NCBI GenBank assembly: GCA_000320545.1
Contig: ADNK01000036.1
Location: forward strand, 62,001 to 126,000
Reading direction: 5' to 3'
DNA from: Bigelowiella natans CCMP2755
Taxonomy: Eukaryota; Protista; Cercozoa
DNA: 64,000 nt
Both the position numbers and the translations under genes were made by a program. The notes beneath the pieces are model-generated. The model was not told the origin of the DNA. It ran no database searches and saw only the letters and a program-made list of their open reading frames with translations. This document shows positions 24,693 to 38,489 of this stretch, piece by piece; the stretch's first letter is position 1, and every line of letters starts with the position of its first letter.

Positions 24693-27600
24693 ATGCAATA
24701 TATTCAAGGCCGCTTCGAGGAGCATGCGAGGAAATTTGTTGAGTCCAAAAACAGTACGTCTCAATTAGCGTGAACGTCCGTGTCTTGTTTTGACTTAGTT
24801 CCTGACTATCAGATGTCGAAGAGAGGCTGAAACTGGTTACCAGCTTTAGAGAGAGCATAGAAATTGCCCATACCTCTGAGTATGAAAATTTCTTGAAGTG
24901 CCTATTTCCCGTCTTCCGCAAGTAAGCTTTCTATTCTATTCTGTGTAGTCTGGTCATGTTTTAACTTACGACCTTTTTAGTGCCCTACGGGAGGGAGCAC
25001 CCATGTATATGGAGTGTAATGAACAGAAGATTCGTAATGTGTTGTTGGAGATACTGAATCGGCTGCCGAATAACGAGGTAAAGAAGTGTTCGGTATGCTG
25101 CCGAAACAGTTCAGTCATAGTTGAATTATTTCCATTTAGGTTCTAAGGCCTTACGTAAGCGACCTTTTGAGGCTAGTCATGGAGATATTATCGATTGATA
25201 ACCAAGAAAATGCTTTGATATGCCTACGCATCATCTTTGATGTACACAAGAATTTCAGTCCGAAACTTGAGACCGAGGTCCAACCTTTCATCAACTTCTT
25301 CATCAATCTGTACAAGAATCTTCCACAGACAGTTCAGCTTGTATTTTCCCGCCAACCAAATCGAATTGCAATAGCTTCAGATGGTACGCATGTGAAAGTA
25401 TTGTGCAAGAGCGTTGAGTCGTTTAAGGTTCTCACAGAATGTCCACTTATCGTGATGCTCCTGTTCCAGCTTTACCCAGGATATGTTGAAACCAACATTC
25501 ATCACCTCATCCCGCTGATGATGCGAGCTTTGAATATTCAACCTCCGACAAATTTGACGCAGCAACACAGCCAGTTGTACAGTGACTTTATCGCTGCTCA
25601 AGTCAAAACTCTCTCTTTCCTCACCTATGTACTGAGAGGATTTGCGGATAGGATGCATCCTCATCAAGACAACCTTTCAAAGTGCGTGATTCAGCTGCTT
25701 TTGAATTGCCCTACGTCCTCAATTAATAGCCGAAAGGAGCTTCTAGTAGCAACCAGACACATTCTCGCGACTAACTTTCGGAAAGGATTCTTCAAAAAAA
25801 TCAACATGATGTTGAAGGAGGAGGTGTTGATTGGCCAGGGCAGAGCGCATGAGATCGTTCGACCGTTAGCATACAGCACCTTAGCAGATCTAGTACACCA
25901 TGTCAGAGGGGATCTTACGATAGACCAGCTTTCAAAAGTTATTTATATTTTCTCAAGAAATATACATGACAACACCTTGCCGTTGAGTATCCAGACTGCA
26001 TCGGTTCGTTTGATTCTGACGCTCGTAGACCACATATATCGGACTTCAGACTCCCAAGATAGAGGGAGAACCTTACTGGTTCGAATATTAAGTGCTCTCG
26101 TTAATAAATTCGACACGCTGAAGGACTATATCCCAAAGCTAATCGACCTTGTGAACAAGAAAAAGAAGAAAGTTCAAGCCCAAGGCCACACTTGGACTTT
26201 GGCGTACACTCCTAGGACCGAAGAAGAATTTCCCGGTGATAGTGTCAGGGAGGTGAAGCAATTGATGTTCACAATGGTTTTTGGACTGAAAACTGTAGTA
26301 TGGTGTATTTCAAACTTTCGAAGTCATGCTCATTCTTCACAAAGACGGCCGATGGTACTAGATGAAGAGGAATGCAGAATTGTCGCCAGATTTTTGCAGC
26401 ACGGACTGGAGTGCTTCAAGATCTACACCATACCGGGATTTACAAGATCTCGTTCGGTGCAAACAGTACAGATAGAGAAAGATGTACTTGAGCATTTCGC
26501 AAGTGTGTTCACGGTGCTGGATCCAAGGAGCTTCCGCGATGTCTTCAGCGTTCAGATAGAAACGCTCTTCAAACAAATAGTTGCGAACCAGAGGCTGCAC
26601 ATGCATATGTTAATTATTCCACAACACTTTCTCTCGAGCTCAAACGTATCGAAGGTCTTCGCGGATATTCTTCTGTCGTTTCTGACGAAGAAGATGAAAG
26701 ACATGGCTATACCATCTAGCGAATCGCCAGTATCCTTGGTTCTGCTCAACTTGTTCCGAATTGTTTTCGGCTCTGTCACTCTCTTTGCAGAGAATGAAAC
26801 AGTCCTCCGACCTTATCTTAACAACATAGTGTCAACAGCAATGAAACTAATAAAAGAAGTTAAACATCCTACCAACTACCTTTCACTTCTACGATTCCTA
26901 TTCCGATCTATTGGAGGCGGCAAGTTCGAGCTACTGTACAAAGAATTCTTGCCTCTTCTCCCGGGGTTATTGCAGGGTTTGATGCATATTCAAGCACGGG
27001 GACCGCAAGCAATACGCGAAATTTCGATAGAGCTATGCCTGACAGTCCCCGCACGGCTATCGTCTCTACTTCAATTTATTCCCCTCCTGGTTCAAGCAGT
27101 TGTTCTAGCTTTAAAGGCAAAAGATGAGCAAGTTATTAAGCTCGGACTCCGTACTCTGGAATTTTGGGTGGACAATTTGAACCCTGAATATCTCTATCCT
27201 CATATGTGCACAGTCCTCTCGGATCTCATGAGGGCATTGTGTGCTTTGCTACGCCCTCATCCTTCTCCATTCGGAGTCACGGCTTTGAGCGTTCTAGGGA
27301 AGTTGGGCGGCAGAAATCGAAGGTTCCTAATCGAAGCATTCGATGTTGATAATGAGCTTTCCTCCGAACAGGGACTGCTGTTAACCATGGCATTCGCCCC
27401 ACGACATTCGTTCCAACTTCCGATGGACAAGCTGATCCATTTCGCGGGCAAAATCATCACAAGGTCACCACGATCAGGCCTAAGCGTGGAAGAAGACAAC
27501 AATGCCAAGAAGCAAGCTTTCCTATTCCTGAGAACTTGTATGATGGTGATGATTGACCGTAGTATCCACGTTGCAAGCCCGGAATTCATCAAATCGTTGA

Positions 27601-30600
27601 AGAAAATTTACACCGAGGATAAAACGAAATTGCCAGAGGAATTCATGCCGAGCGACGCAAAGCGTGGTGAGATCTAATGCATTCATACATGAGAATATCA
27701 CCATAATTTTCCTCCCTATTTTGATTTTTTAAAAGCGTATCCTGAGTTTATCATGTTCCTCTTGTTTCTCAGGTGTAGAGGATCACGTGAAAAGCATCCA
27801 GCCGTGCTCAACAGTTCAGAATCGAAACGTATCGACCGTTGTCCGAAATCGATCCTTCATATTCATCAAGGAGCACATATTCAAGGAGCTCTGCAGGTGT
27901 ATGATAATTGCATCCTCTATCAAGCACCTGGAGGAGGATAAAGAGACAGAATCGAAGAAGTTCTTGCGATCGATATCGCAACACTTCGCTTTGTTATTCA
28001 CTTTCTCCCAAAGGAGCCTTGGTGAATCCGAAGCCTACCATTTAGACGCGAAAGTGTTTCTGGATGCCATTGTAGAAGTAATGTGCCATGAGAATCGGGA
28101 TTGGTTCAAAGCGTCCAAGGCAACCTTGGATACATTGCTGAACATCTTCGTCCAGGTTCTAGGAAAGGAACGGGCGGGAACCTTACCTGTCTTGAACGAG
28201 TTGCTCTCGAAACTCTCTCACTGTTGTTACCAAGACATGTGGGAAACTCGACATGCTGGGTGCATGGGCTTAGCATCTGTTTGTGACAAGATGTCTCCCG
28301 CCTGGGTGAGGAATAATCAGGGGGAGCTGATTCGAGCTTTCATGTTCACCTTCCGGGACTCGTACTCGGAATTCGCGAAAAGGACTGCAGATCAAGCGAA
28401 CGCGTCGTTGGACAAAGTGGTTGGGATATCGTGTTCGTATCAGGGTCCCTCTCAGCAGGCCGCTGCTGCGGCTGCTGCTGCAAGTCCTCAAGTTGGGACT
28501 CCGCAAGTGCCTGGAGGGACACCAGTGCCTTCACCTTTCAAAAGTGCTGGACAGCAGCGGCCGTTCCAAGCATCACCGGACGGGAAAGCCGTGCTTCCAG
28601 CAAATGCGCAGCAGAAATCCAGCATCACCAAAAATCTTGTCACAATTTTAGCCCCTGAGCTTATATCAGGGATATATGAGGTGAGAAAGGGCGCACATAG
28701 GCTACTTGGCTTGGTTTCGAAACTTTCGGGTACGACCGTAGCAAGTATCTTGATGCAGTACAGAACACGTCTTCTCGCACCGGTTCTGCAGCAGTCGCTG
28801 CATGCTGTGCCTATGAGCATTCGCATTGGATACATTAGCGCCGCAACGTACTGTCTATCTCTCCGGCCGCCCCTTGTTACCGTCAGTGATCTTCTGTACC
28901 TTCTGAAAGATGCAATCGCTGATGCAAGAGACGAAAACAACGCGAATCACTCTTCAACTGGTATCCAGGGAAGGACCGGGCGCGTACAGCTGCTGAACCG
29001 GCTCCAAGTTGAAGATATAAAGCTTATGTCAGCGGCGCTCGCTGATGACGTGAAGAAAAAGCCCCCTGATTACCAGGATATCAAGAACAATCTTATCCGC
29101 GTCTTCTTTGGCTCTCTTCTCAGCCGCACGCCTGAAATAGTTCAGGTAGCAAAAGAGGGACTGAAAAAGGTGATAGAACGGGAAAAGTTACCGAAGGAGC
29201 TCCTGCAGCAATGCATGCGTCCGATCTTACTGAATTTGGCAGACATTCGCAAGCTTTGTATGCCCCTTCTGGATGGTCTCTCCCGGCTTTTAGAGCTTCT
29301 CAGTAACTGTTTTAATGTTACCCTTGGCGAGAAATTGCTGGATCACATGAGAAAGTTTGCAGATCCGGAGGTGCTGAATAAAATGAGGTATGAAAATCTA
29401 ACTGAGAATGCGGGGACCTCCCGTATGAAGCCTGAGGATGAGGTTCAGGTTGCGGCGTCCATCATTGGGCTTTTCCATCTCCTCCCGCCCGCCTCGAAGA
29501 AATTTCTTGACCCTTTAGTGCAGATTACCCTTAAATTGGAGAGTATCCTTCCGGCACTCAATTTCTACGGTGGATATGGCACCGGTTCAAGTAGTCCGTA
29601 TCGCGAACCACTTATAAAATTCTTGGTTGTCGAGCCGCAGAAAACTTGCGAGTATTTCTTAAAGAATCTTACCCAAAAGAAACTAAGCCAGATGTTCCAG
29701 GCTATCATGCGGCACGAGAAATGCGATAAGATTCGTCAAGTTGTGATGCAGAGTCCAGAGGACCTTATCCGGCACACCTTTGAATGCAAGGCCCCCAACG
29801 AAAAAACCCGCACTGACCTCATAATCCAAGGAATCAAAATCGTTCACATTCTCTCCACATTCGATCCGAAGTGGCTCAGTGGCTGCAAGAAGGTCGTCAA
29901 TTGTTTGATCAACGTGTGGGATTCTACAGGCCGTCACAAGCGCTTGAAGGACGAGAACGATCTACCAATAGGGCACATCCATGAGTCGAAGCTCATTGTC
30001 GAGTGCTTGATTCATTATTGCCGGATCCACCGACGCGAGGTGCGTATACTGTGGAAAATGTTGGAGATTCTCCTCTATCGCACTTTAGTCGATTTCACGT
30101 TCCTAGCCGAATTCTACGAGAAAGAAGTGGCGCAATCATGGGCGCCCGAGGAGAAGAAAACGATTATGAATGGATTTTTACGCTTCTTCAAGGAAAATGG
30201 CAACACACAGAGCCAGCAGCAGAAAATTGAACAGCTGAAAGTGAAGGCACTCCAGCTGATAATTATCCCTATCTTAGAAAACACTTTCAAGAGTGCGGAG
30301 GATGAGCCCAAACCGAAGGCACCACCACCAATCAAGAGCGAGAACAAGAAAGCTGGTGACGGAAAGAAGGCGATGGAGGTCGAGGTAGAGCCTGAAAGCA
30401 AGGTCAAACAGACTAAGGAGACCCAAAAGACCACTAAAGCAAGCGAACGCACTCGCGCAGTTCTTGGAAATGACATGGTGACGACATTAATAAAGGAGCT
30501 TGTCGGCGGTCAGCAGGCTATTCACTACCGAGAAGAACTTCGCGTCCAGTTATTGCGCCTCACGACCCTCCTGATTGAGCATCTTCACTCACAACTCACC

Positions 30601-31461
30601 TCATACAGGAAGGATCTCATCAAGTTCGCATGGAATCATTTGAAGAGTGACAACAGCGCAAGTAAGCAATGGGCCTACGTGAATGTCTGCCGGTTCATTG
30701 ATGTTTACGAGACTCCGCCAAAGATCGTGCTCCAGGTCTATGTCGCACTTCTGCGAACGTACCAGCCTGAAGCTCGTAAGCTAGTCTCGAAGGCTTTGGA
30801 TATTATCACGCCAGCCCTGCCAAAGCGATTAACTCTGGGAAAGCACAAGCACCCTACTTGGATTAAGTGGACAAAGAAGATCATCGTGGAGGAAGGTCAT
30901 CTGGTTCCCCAGCTGATCCATATTTGGAACTTGATCATTCGGCACCCTGACCTCTTCTACCAAAGTCGTACGCAGTTCGTACCGCAGATGGTCAACTCCT
31001 TGAATCGCCTGGGGCTACCGCAGAACCGCCCTCCCGAAAACCGCAAGCTCGCCCTAGACCTAGCGGACCTGATCATCCGCTGGGACCGGAAATGTCTTGA
31101 GCAACAAGGAGGAGGGGAGGAGAAGAAAGGGCCGGCTGCTGCAAAAGACGAGAATTTGTCTAAGAGGCGAAAGCTGGAGAATGGAGTTGAGAAGACTGAA
31201 GATAAGACGGGAAAGCAGCTGGTGCACAATAAGCAAGCGGCATCTCGTGAGAAGCCTTTCAGACCCAACTCTGTCATGGTGGAACTGATCATCACCTTCT
31301 TGATACGACTCGGCTTGATGACATGTGAAGTCCACGAAACAAGGTTTCTCTCGATGCGATGCAGCAAGTTGCTCGAGCAAGCGATGAAAGTGTGGAAGGG
31401 GGGAGAGCTTAAGTTCATTTACATTCAGAAGATCTTAAATGCCCCTCAAAACCAGCAGGTA

Positions 31462-31503
<42 letters not shown>

Positions 31504-34500
31504 CTACATAAACAAATATTTTTATTTTTATTTATATTATTGACGTGACGCGATGTGTGTATCAATGAATCTGTTGAATGAATATCCTCTTGTTGATGTG
31601 AACGTCGTCAGGATCCGTCCGTGCTGTTAACTTGCACCCTCGAAGTCCTCAACATCCTGCTCACCTACCAGCCCAAGGAGTTTATTGTGAAGCACATCGA
31701 CGAAATCAAGACCATCCTGAGCAAATGCTACCATCTTCCGAACTTGTCCATTCGAAAAGGCCTATGCGGAGTGGTATCGAAGATTGTCAAGGCGCTCCCA
31801 GGATTTGCTCCAAGAGGGGGCCTGCCCCTGTCCAGGCTTTCTATGCGACTCTCTGGCTCTGCGTCGCAACCACCGGACCCCATTGCCAAGTTCTACTCCA
31901 GCTTACGAGAGACTATCGACACGGGTCTAAGGCAGATTCACATGGATAAGCAAGGGATGCGAGCTGCGGACAGGGTGTCCATACACACGATCATCGCTCT
32001 CGTTTCCGAGATATCCAAAGTGTGCACCAACTACATGGACGCGACGTTGTGCACCCACAACGCAGCCTCAGCTGCCGTATCCGCATCATTCGGGCACCTC
32101 ATAAAGGCGACCCAGAAATTGGCGAGGGACCACGTTCAGTTCCCCATCCTCAACATCCCTCGCGGGCGCGACACGACTACGGCCCAGCGCGAAAACCAGA
32201 AGGCAGCGCAAATTTTGGACACCTTGCTCATGGCGCTCACCCTCATTCGCGAACGGGCTCACGCCGTTGGGGATCACAAGAAGAACTACTTTCAGACCCT
32301 CGTCCTCCTCATCGACAAGTCGAATAACCCGAAACTGCTGCAGCACATCGCAGAAACCGTGCGGGAATGGATGAGCAATAGGAATCGATCGGTTGCGAAC
32401 TTCTCGCACAAGGAAAGAGCCAACTTCATTCGTAAGATGACGCGTTTCGAGGCTCTCAACAACAAGGAGCTCAGCAAGACTTACCTCGGGATGGTCTTGG
32501 AATTATTCGAAGCACACAGGTACATCCAACGACCTGAGTGGCTTTCAAAGCTGCAGGAACCTTTCATGCTAGGCTTGTGCTGTAAAGACCTTGCTCTTAA
32601 GCAGCGATTCCGAGACATATTCCACCAATTTGTCCCCAAGAGCCTCTACTTGAGAATGAACAGCATCCTTGCCACCCAGGACTGGGAGCCTCTGAAGGAC
32701 AAGTTCTGGATCAGCCAAGCCTTAGATATGTTGCTAAGCATCTTGGTTGGCAGCGACCCGCTTCGGACCGGCACAGGGCAGAATCTGATTCCAGCTGTGC
32801 AACTCGAGCGTACGACGCAGAAAGACGATACCGCCGAGGACACAAAAACGAGGAGGATGGATGTTGACGTAGACACAAAATACCCACCAGCTCACTGGGA
32901 GCGAGAAGGCATCCCTAAAAACATTGCCGAGATATTAAGTGACTACACGGGCTTTTTGCAACAGCATGCGAATCTTACTGTGAAAGACATTCTGATGCCG
33001 ATGAGGGAGCTCATACACTGTGAGAGAGACTTCGCCGGGGAGCTCTGGGTGCTAATGATTTCCAAGGCTTGGAGCAGCCTCACGAATGCAGATCGGGACA
33101 TGCTTGCTGAGCCAATAATCGAGCTGCTGGCCCAACACTGGCACATTTCACAACAATACAAAAACCCGAACCCTGTGCAGGTGCTTCTGGCAGGGTTTGC
33201 CCGATGCAATCCGATGCCACCCATCCGGCCAGAGCTGCTGCTTTACCTTGCTCAGACATACAAATGCTGGCACCTGGTCTTACGCATCTTGGAGGACCGC
33301 GTTCTACGCGGAAACTCGCAGAGTACGATGAACGAGATCGACAACCTCTCTCCAGACTGGGAAGACGCCTTCGACCCGGACTTCAACACTGCTTCGCACA
33401 ACGCGCTGCAGGAAGTGTACCATTTGCTCAAGGAGGACAACGTGATGTTTGGGCTGCTGAACCGAAGGGTGAGGAGCACGTATTCGCGAGCTGCTCTAGC
33501 ATTGGAACAGTTTGGTTGGTGGACCCGAGCCCAAGACTCCTTCTTTGCGGCACTGAAGAAGCTGCAGTATCAGCGACGCTTCAACATGCCTGATGAGGAA
33601 CCGTTGCAAGACCAGAAGAAGCAGAAAGGCTCCACGCAGAGAAAACCGACGATCAAGACAGTGAAGATCAAAGGCTTAAAACAGGCGGTCAAAGTACATC
33701 CTCGAAAGCAGAAAAAGGGTACGAAAGCAACCAAATCGTCCTCGCTTTCACGCAAGCCGACCAAAAACGTCAAGATGAAAGGTCGCATGCGGAAAGGTGG
33801 CATGGGAGATAAGATGGATGAAGATGACGTGACCGACGATTCCCTCGCAAACATAGGAGAGGCGGAGTCCGCTATGTGGCAATCGGAATGGATTAAGTGC
33901 GCCCGTCATCTTAACCAGTGGAAGGTACTGTCTGATTTCTCCAGAACCATTAACCATCCTGAGATGCAGCTAGATTGCTCCTGGCGCCAATCTGAGTGGG
34001 AGCGTATGAAAGAAATCTTCGGCACCGACTTCCCAAATCTCCCCAGCGCTGCTGCAGCCTCCACCAGTGCGGCGACGTCTGACACCGCGGAGGCGAAAAA
34101 TCTACTCCGAAACTACAGCGCAAAGACGATGCTCTACTACAACTACATGGTCCTGCACGATCGTAAATCTCACGACGACACCCAGCTTGAGAGCTTGCTG
34201 AACCAGAGCGTCCAAAAAGCACTCTCTGAATGGCAGAAACTTCCCAACTTCGTGTCGAATAGCCACACCGGCTTGCTGCACAGGTTCCATATTCTCGTCG
34301 AGCTGAAAGAGTCGATCGGGATCATCCATGAACTGAACAACTACCGGCGACAGAACCAAGTCCCCAATCTCAAGACGTTCATCACGACATGGCGCGAGCG
34401 CCTGCCAAATAAGTGGGAGGAGATCCCAGTCTGGAGCGAGGTGACGACCTGGAGGAACCAGATGTTCAACTTGATAACTTCCACTTTCCCTATAAACGAC

Positions 34501-37500
34501 ATGGGGCATTCTGGATACTCCAGAATGCACGATATTCCTTGGACGTTCATCAAATTCGCTCAGATCGCACGCAAGCAGCATCTGTCGACCGTGTGTTTGA
34601 CATCCCTGGCGAAATTATACCGATATCCCTCGATGGAAGCCATGGATGCATTCAGCAAGCTTCGCGAGCATATCAAATGCTGTCTGCAGTCTCCAATGGA
34701 AATACGCGCGGCTTTGAATATTATCAGCAAGACCAATCTGGAGTATTTCTCCAACGAGCAGAAGGCAGAAATATTCAGGCTGAAGGGCGAGGCCCTGCAG
34801 CACCTCGGATACGGAGACGAAAGCAACACCGCCTTTTCGGCTGCCATATCTATTTGCGACTCGTACGGGAAGGCCTGGTTGAGCTGGGCTATTTTCTGCG
34901 ATCGGGTTTTCACGTTGAAGCAGGACTTGCAATGGGCTAAGCATGCTGTGGTGTGCTATCTTCAAGCAATTCGGCATAAGAAAAACAGGGCGAGGCTTCT
35001 GATCGCCAGGATCCTGTGGCTTCTAAGCTACGATCTTGACCAAGGGCCTGTCAATCAAGCTTTCAAGCGATACACGGAGCATCTTCCGTCTTGGATATGG
35101 CTCTTGTGGATTCCGCAGTTGCTCTCCTCACTTGCGCGCCCCGAGGGGCTTGCGGTGAAAAATATCTTGTGCAAAATAGCGCAGCAGTATCCCCAGGCGT
35201 TATACTACACTGTGAGGGCCTATCTCATTGAGAAGCGGGAGATTCGCAACAGTGCAGGCTCACGACAAAAGTCTCATTCTTCCAAAGCCGCATCAGCCCA
35301 GGCGCAGGCCCAGATCCTCGCGGCTGCACGCCAAGTACCGCGACCCGATGTTATTACGCCCGAGGCGAAGAAGTTTGCAAGCTTCAACATCCACAGCGGC
35401 TTGGCAAAGCTGAAGCAAGCGGCGCAGCATCTCCACGTCGTACGCAGTAAAATGGCAGCACAAGGACAGCAGACGATGAAGCAGTATGTGGAGTTCGGTG
35501 CTCTCCAGGATTACTTCCAGCGGTTGGTCGTGATCTTGCATAATGCTGCGGCAAAAGCTGCGGCGTCGAAGGCTCATAGTTCCAACGGAACGACGATGGA
35601 CGCGAAAGGCAAGATAACCCAGGCTGGACAGGGTGGCGCTGCAACTGTCAAGAAAGAGCATGTTGACCCTAAACAGGCACAGGCCCAAGCGGCCGCTGCT
35701 GCTGCGATGAAGGGAATGCCGATGCAGCAACCAGCCTCGCAGAAACAGGCGATGCAATTGCAGTACCAGCAGCAGCTACAGGCTCATCAAATGCGAAATC
35801 GGCATCTTCAGATGCAGATGTCGTTGCAGCAGCAACGCAAGCAGCAAGCATCCAAAGCACAGCAGCAACTGGCGCAGCAGCAGCAGCAGCAGCAGCAGCA
35901 ATTGGCTCATCGCCAGGCAGCCCAGACAGCAGCCCAAGCTCAGGCGCTGAAGAATCAAGCAATGAAGATTGGCGGCAGTGCTGGCGCTCAGGGAGCCGCC
36001 GCCTCTGCTAGTGCAGCAGCAGCAGCTTCCGGGAGCAAGAAAGGGAGCGATCTATCTTCCTCCTCCGGCTCTGGGCACTCTTCCAACGCCATCAAGTGGG
36101 TGGAAGACGTTGTGAGCGTTCTCAGGAGGAGCCACCCCACCCTCATGACAGAGGTGGAGAAGATGCTGGATGAATTCAGCCGTCGTTTCAAACCCGAGCC
36201 AGAGGAAGAGCTGTTGGGCGCGGTGCACGCTTTGATCCTCAAGTGCTTCAAGCAGCAGCTCTCCCGCGACGACAAAGTTCCGCACGTGCTCCAAACGACC
36301 ATAAAGCGCGTGTGTCGCAAGTTCTTCACGCCAGACCCGAAGATGGGGAACAAGAAGCACCTGGCTTTCGTCCAGAAGTACAAGCGTAGCTTCGAGCACG
36401 ATTTCCTCCCGGAGGGATCCCGCTTCCCACTGACACTCGGGATACTCCTCAAGAAGCTCAAACGATGGAAGGCGCACCTCCAGTACAAGGTCGGGGAGCG
36501 CTCTCAGATCTACTTAAGGCTCGAGAAGCTGTCGCCGTACCTGATCAGGTTCCAGAGCTACGACATCGAAATCCCCGGGCAGTACCTGACCGACCAGGAG
36601 CCTCAGGTGGACCAGAACGTGGTCCTCCACAGGTTTCATCCGGACGTCAAAGTGCATCACACGCACGGCTTCTCCCACCGACGCATCGGGATGAGAGGGA
36701 ACGACGGCAAGCGCTACTCCTTCCTCGTCCAGTACTCGATCTCCCACATCACCCGCAGCGATGAGCGGATGATGCAGGTGTACGTGCTGTTCAACCGGAT
36801 GATGGCCAAGTACAAAGAGACCCGAAACCGCAACCTGGTCTTCCACGTCCCCCTGGTGGTTCCACTCACGCACCGCCTCCGCCTGATGCAGACCAACGAG
36901 GCCCACATCTCCCTGGAAGAGGTCTACGAGCAGAGCTGCGCGGTGCGGAGGGTCGACCCCGACCAGCCTTTGCTGACGTACCGCGAGATCCTCCACAAGG
37001 CCGAGGGCTGCGAGCAGAACGCCAAGGCCAGGCTGAAGGCGTACGACACGATCTGCCACACGGTCGTCCCAGACTACATCCTCTCCCGCTTCATTGACCG
37101 TGTTGTAAGGGCTCCAGACCAGTACTGGGCGTTCAAGAAGGAGTTCGCGGCTCAGATCGCGATCTCAGGATTCCTCAGCTACATCATGAACATCGGGGAT
37201 AGGTCCCTGTACAAGCTGTCCTTCTCAAAGGTAAAATCATGTTAATGTAATAGCGACGAGAAGAAGAACAACTACCTATCGACAAAAACAAAACGCATGA
37301 TGCGTGTACGCATATATTTGCTTATCCGCCCCCATGCAATCCCGTGTACTCACTCGACGGTGTGAGCCGCACACATAAGAGGGGCGGAGAATACTGTGAT
37401 TTGGTTCCAGGATGCAGTGCTCGCCACTCGTGCCGCTGCGTCTCAACTCCTCTTCCACATTAACTGCAATACTAGGACTTGTGATAAATGACGACGACGA

Positions 37501-37600
37501 GGAATTTAGAAGGACATGCTATTATGCATAGATATAGATATAGATTTTGTATAATAAAAATAATATATACAATATATACACGTATTAATATTTTGTGTAA

Positions 37601-37634
<34 letters not shown>

Positions 37635-38120
37635 TGCCTCAGAAATCTGGACGGATCATAAACTCGGAGTTTTACCCTGCATACAACGCGTATTACCTGA
37701 TAGATTGCCAGGAAAGCGTTCCTTTCAGGCTTACTCGTAACATCACAACGTTCTTGACACCCCTGGTAATTGCACAGCAACAACTACTATTGCTACTGCT
37801 ACTACTCTTACCAAATCTTCGTATTGGTCATTTGACTTCTTGAGTAGCAGTCCTCTTTTTCTTCTTATTCTTCTTCGTCTTGAAGTAATCCGACCTTTTC
37901 TCATCAATGATCTTGTTTTAAATAGATGGTGGACGGTATCGTCTCGAGCGTTCTCACAGCGGCCAACAGCTGTTTGCTGCGAAACCAGGACGTGATACGG
38001 AACTATCTTTGTCTCTTCATTCGGGATGACCTCTTGTCATGGAACTCAACTAAGATGTCAATGCCGGATGATCGCGGCCAACGGTAAGAACGAACAATTT
38101 TGATTCCCCCACCCCCCCCG

Positions 38121-38156
<36 letters not shown>

Positions 38157-38489
38157 CGTCAATGTATAAATATGCGTATCTATTCTTGAAAATTCATCTG
38201 GATCCCCTCACTTCCATCAGGCAATTGGAGAGCCAGCTTCGCGACAAGATACGAAACAACGTTAGCTTGATAATAAAGCGTCTTCATGTCCTAATGCCCT
38301 CACAATCGGACACCAAGGTACGGAATAACGACAGCGCAATCGTACTAGTATGAGCTGAAATATTGCTTTGTTTTTCCAACGCAGAACCCACCTATGCCCA
38401 TGAACTACAAGGTGTCGCAGCTTATCAAAGACGCGACGGACAAGGAACGCCTTTGTATGATGAGCTCGACTTGGCAGCCATGGTTCTAG
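24693..38489 (+). CDS. TRRAP: Transformation/transcription domain-associated protein (Tra1/TRRAP), PIKK pseudokinase
   Basis: N-terminal EIAHTSEYENFLKC, LEILNRLPNNEVLRPY, DNQENALICLRIIFD. HEAT repeats (GLRTLEFWVDNLNPEYL), FAT (WRERLPNKWE, WIPQLLSSL), IEIPGQY, ESVPFRLTRNI and FATC ending TWQPWF*. Long ORFs 25167-27677, 27787-31464 and 31621-37245 are joined by GT-AG introns. An alternative ATG lies at 24576. Confidence 0.97.
31464..31499. repeat. (TA)n intronic microsatellite
   Basis: Seen directly, just after a TRRAP donor site. Other (TA)n tracts at about 2385, 18345, 18452, 41040, 41490, 42686, 43107, 48637 and 58320. Confidence 0.95.

Noticed and set aside
25377-37059. Many antisense and alternative-frame ORFs over TRRAP
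   Set aside because: Shadow ORFs of a long GC-rich coding sequence.
36000-37230. TA-poor stretch in the TRRAP 3' exon as another island
   Set aside because: TA persists freely as TAC codons and CTAG is not enriched. High GC3 codon usage explains it.
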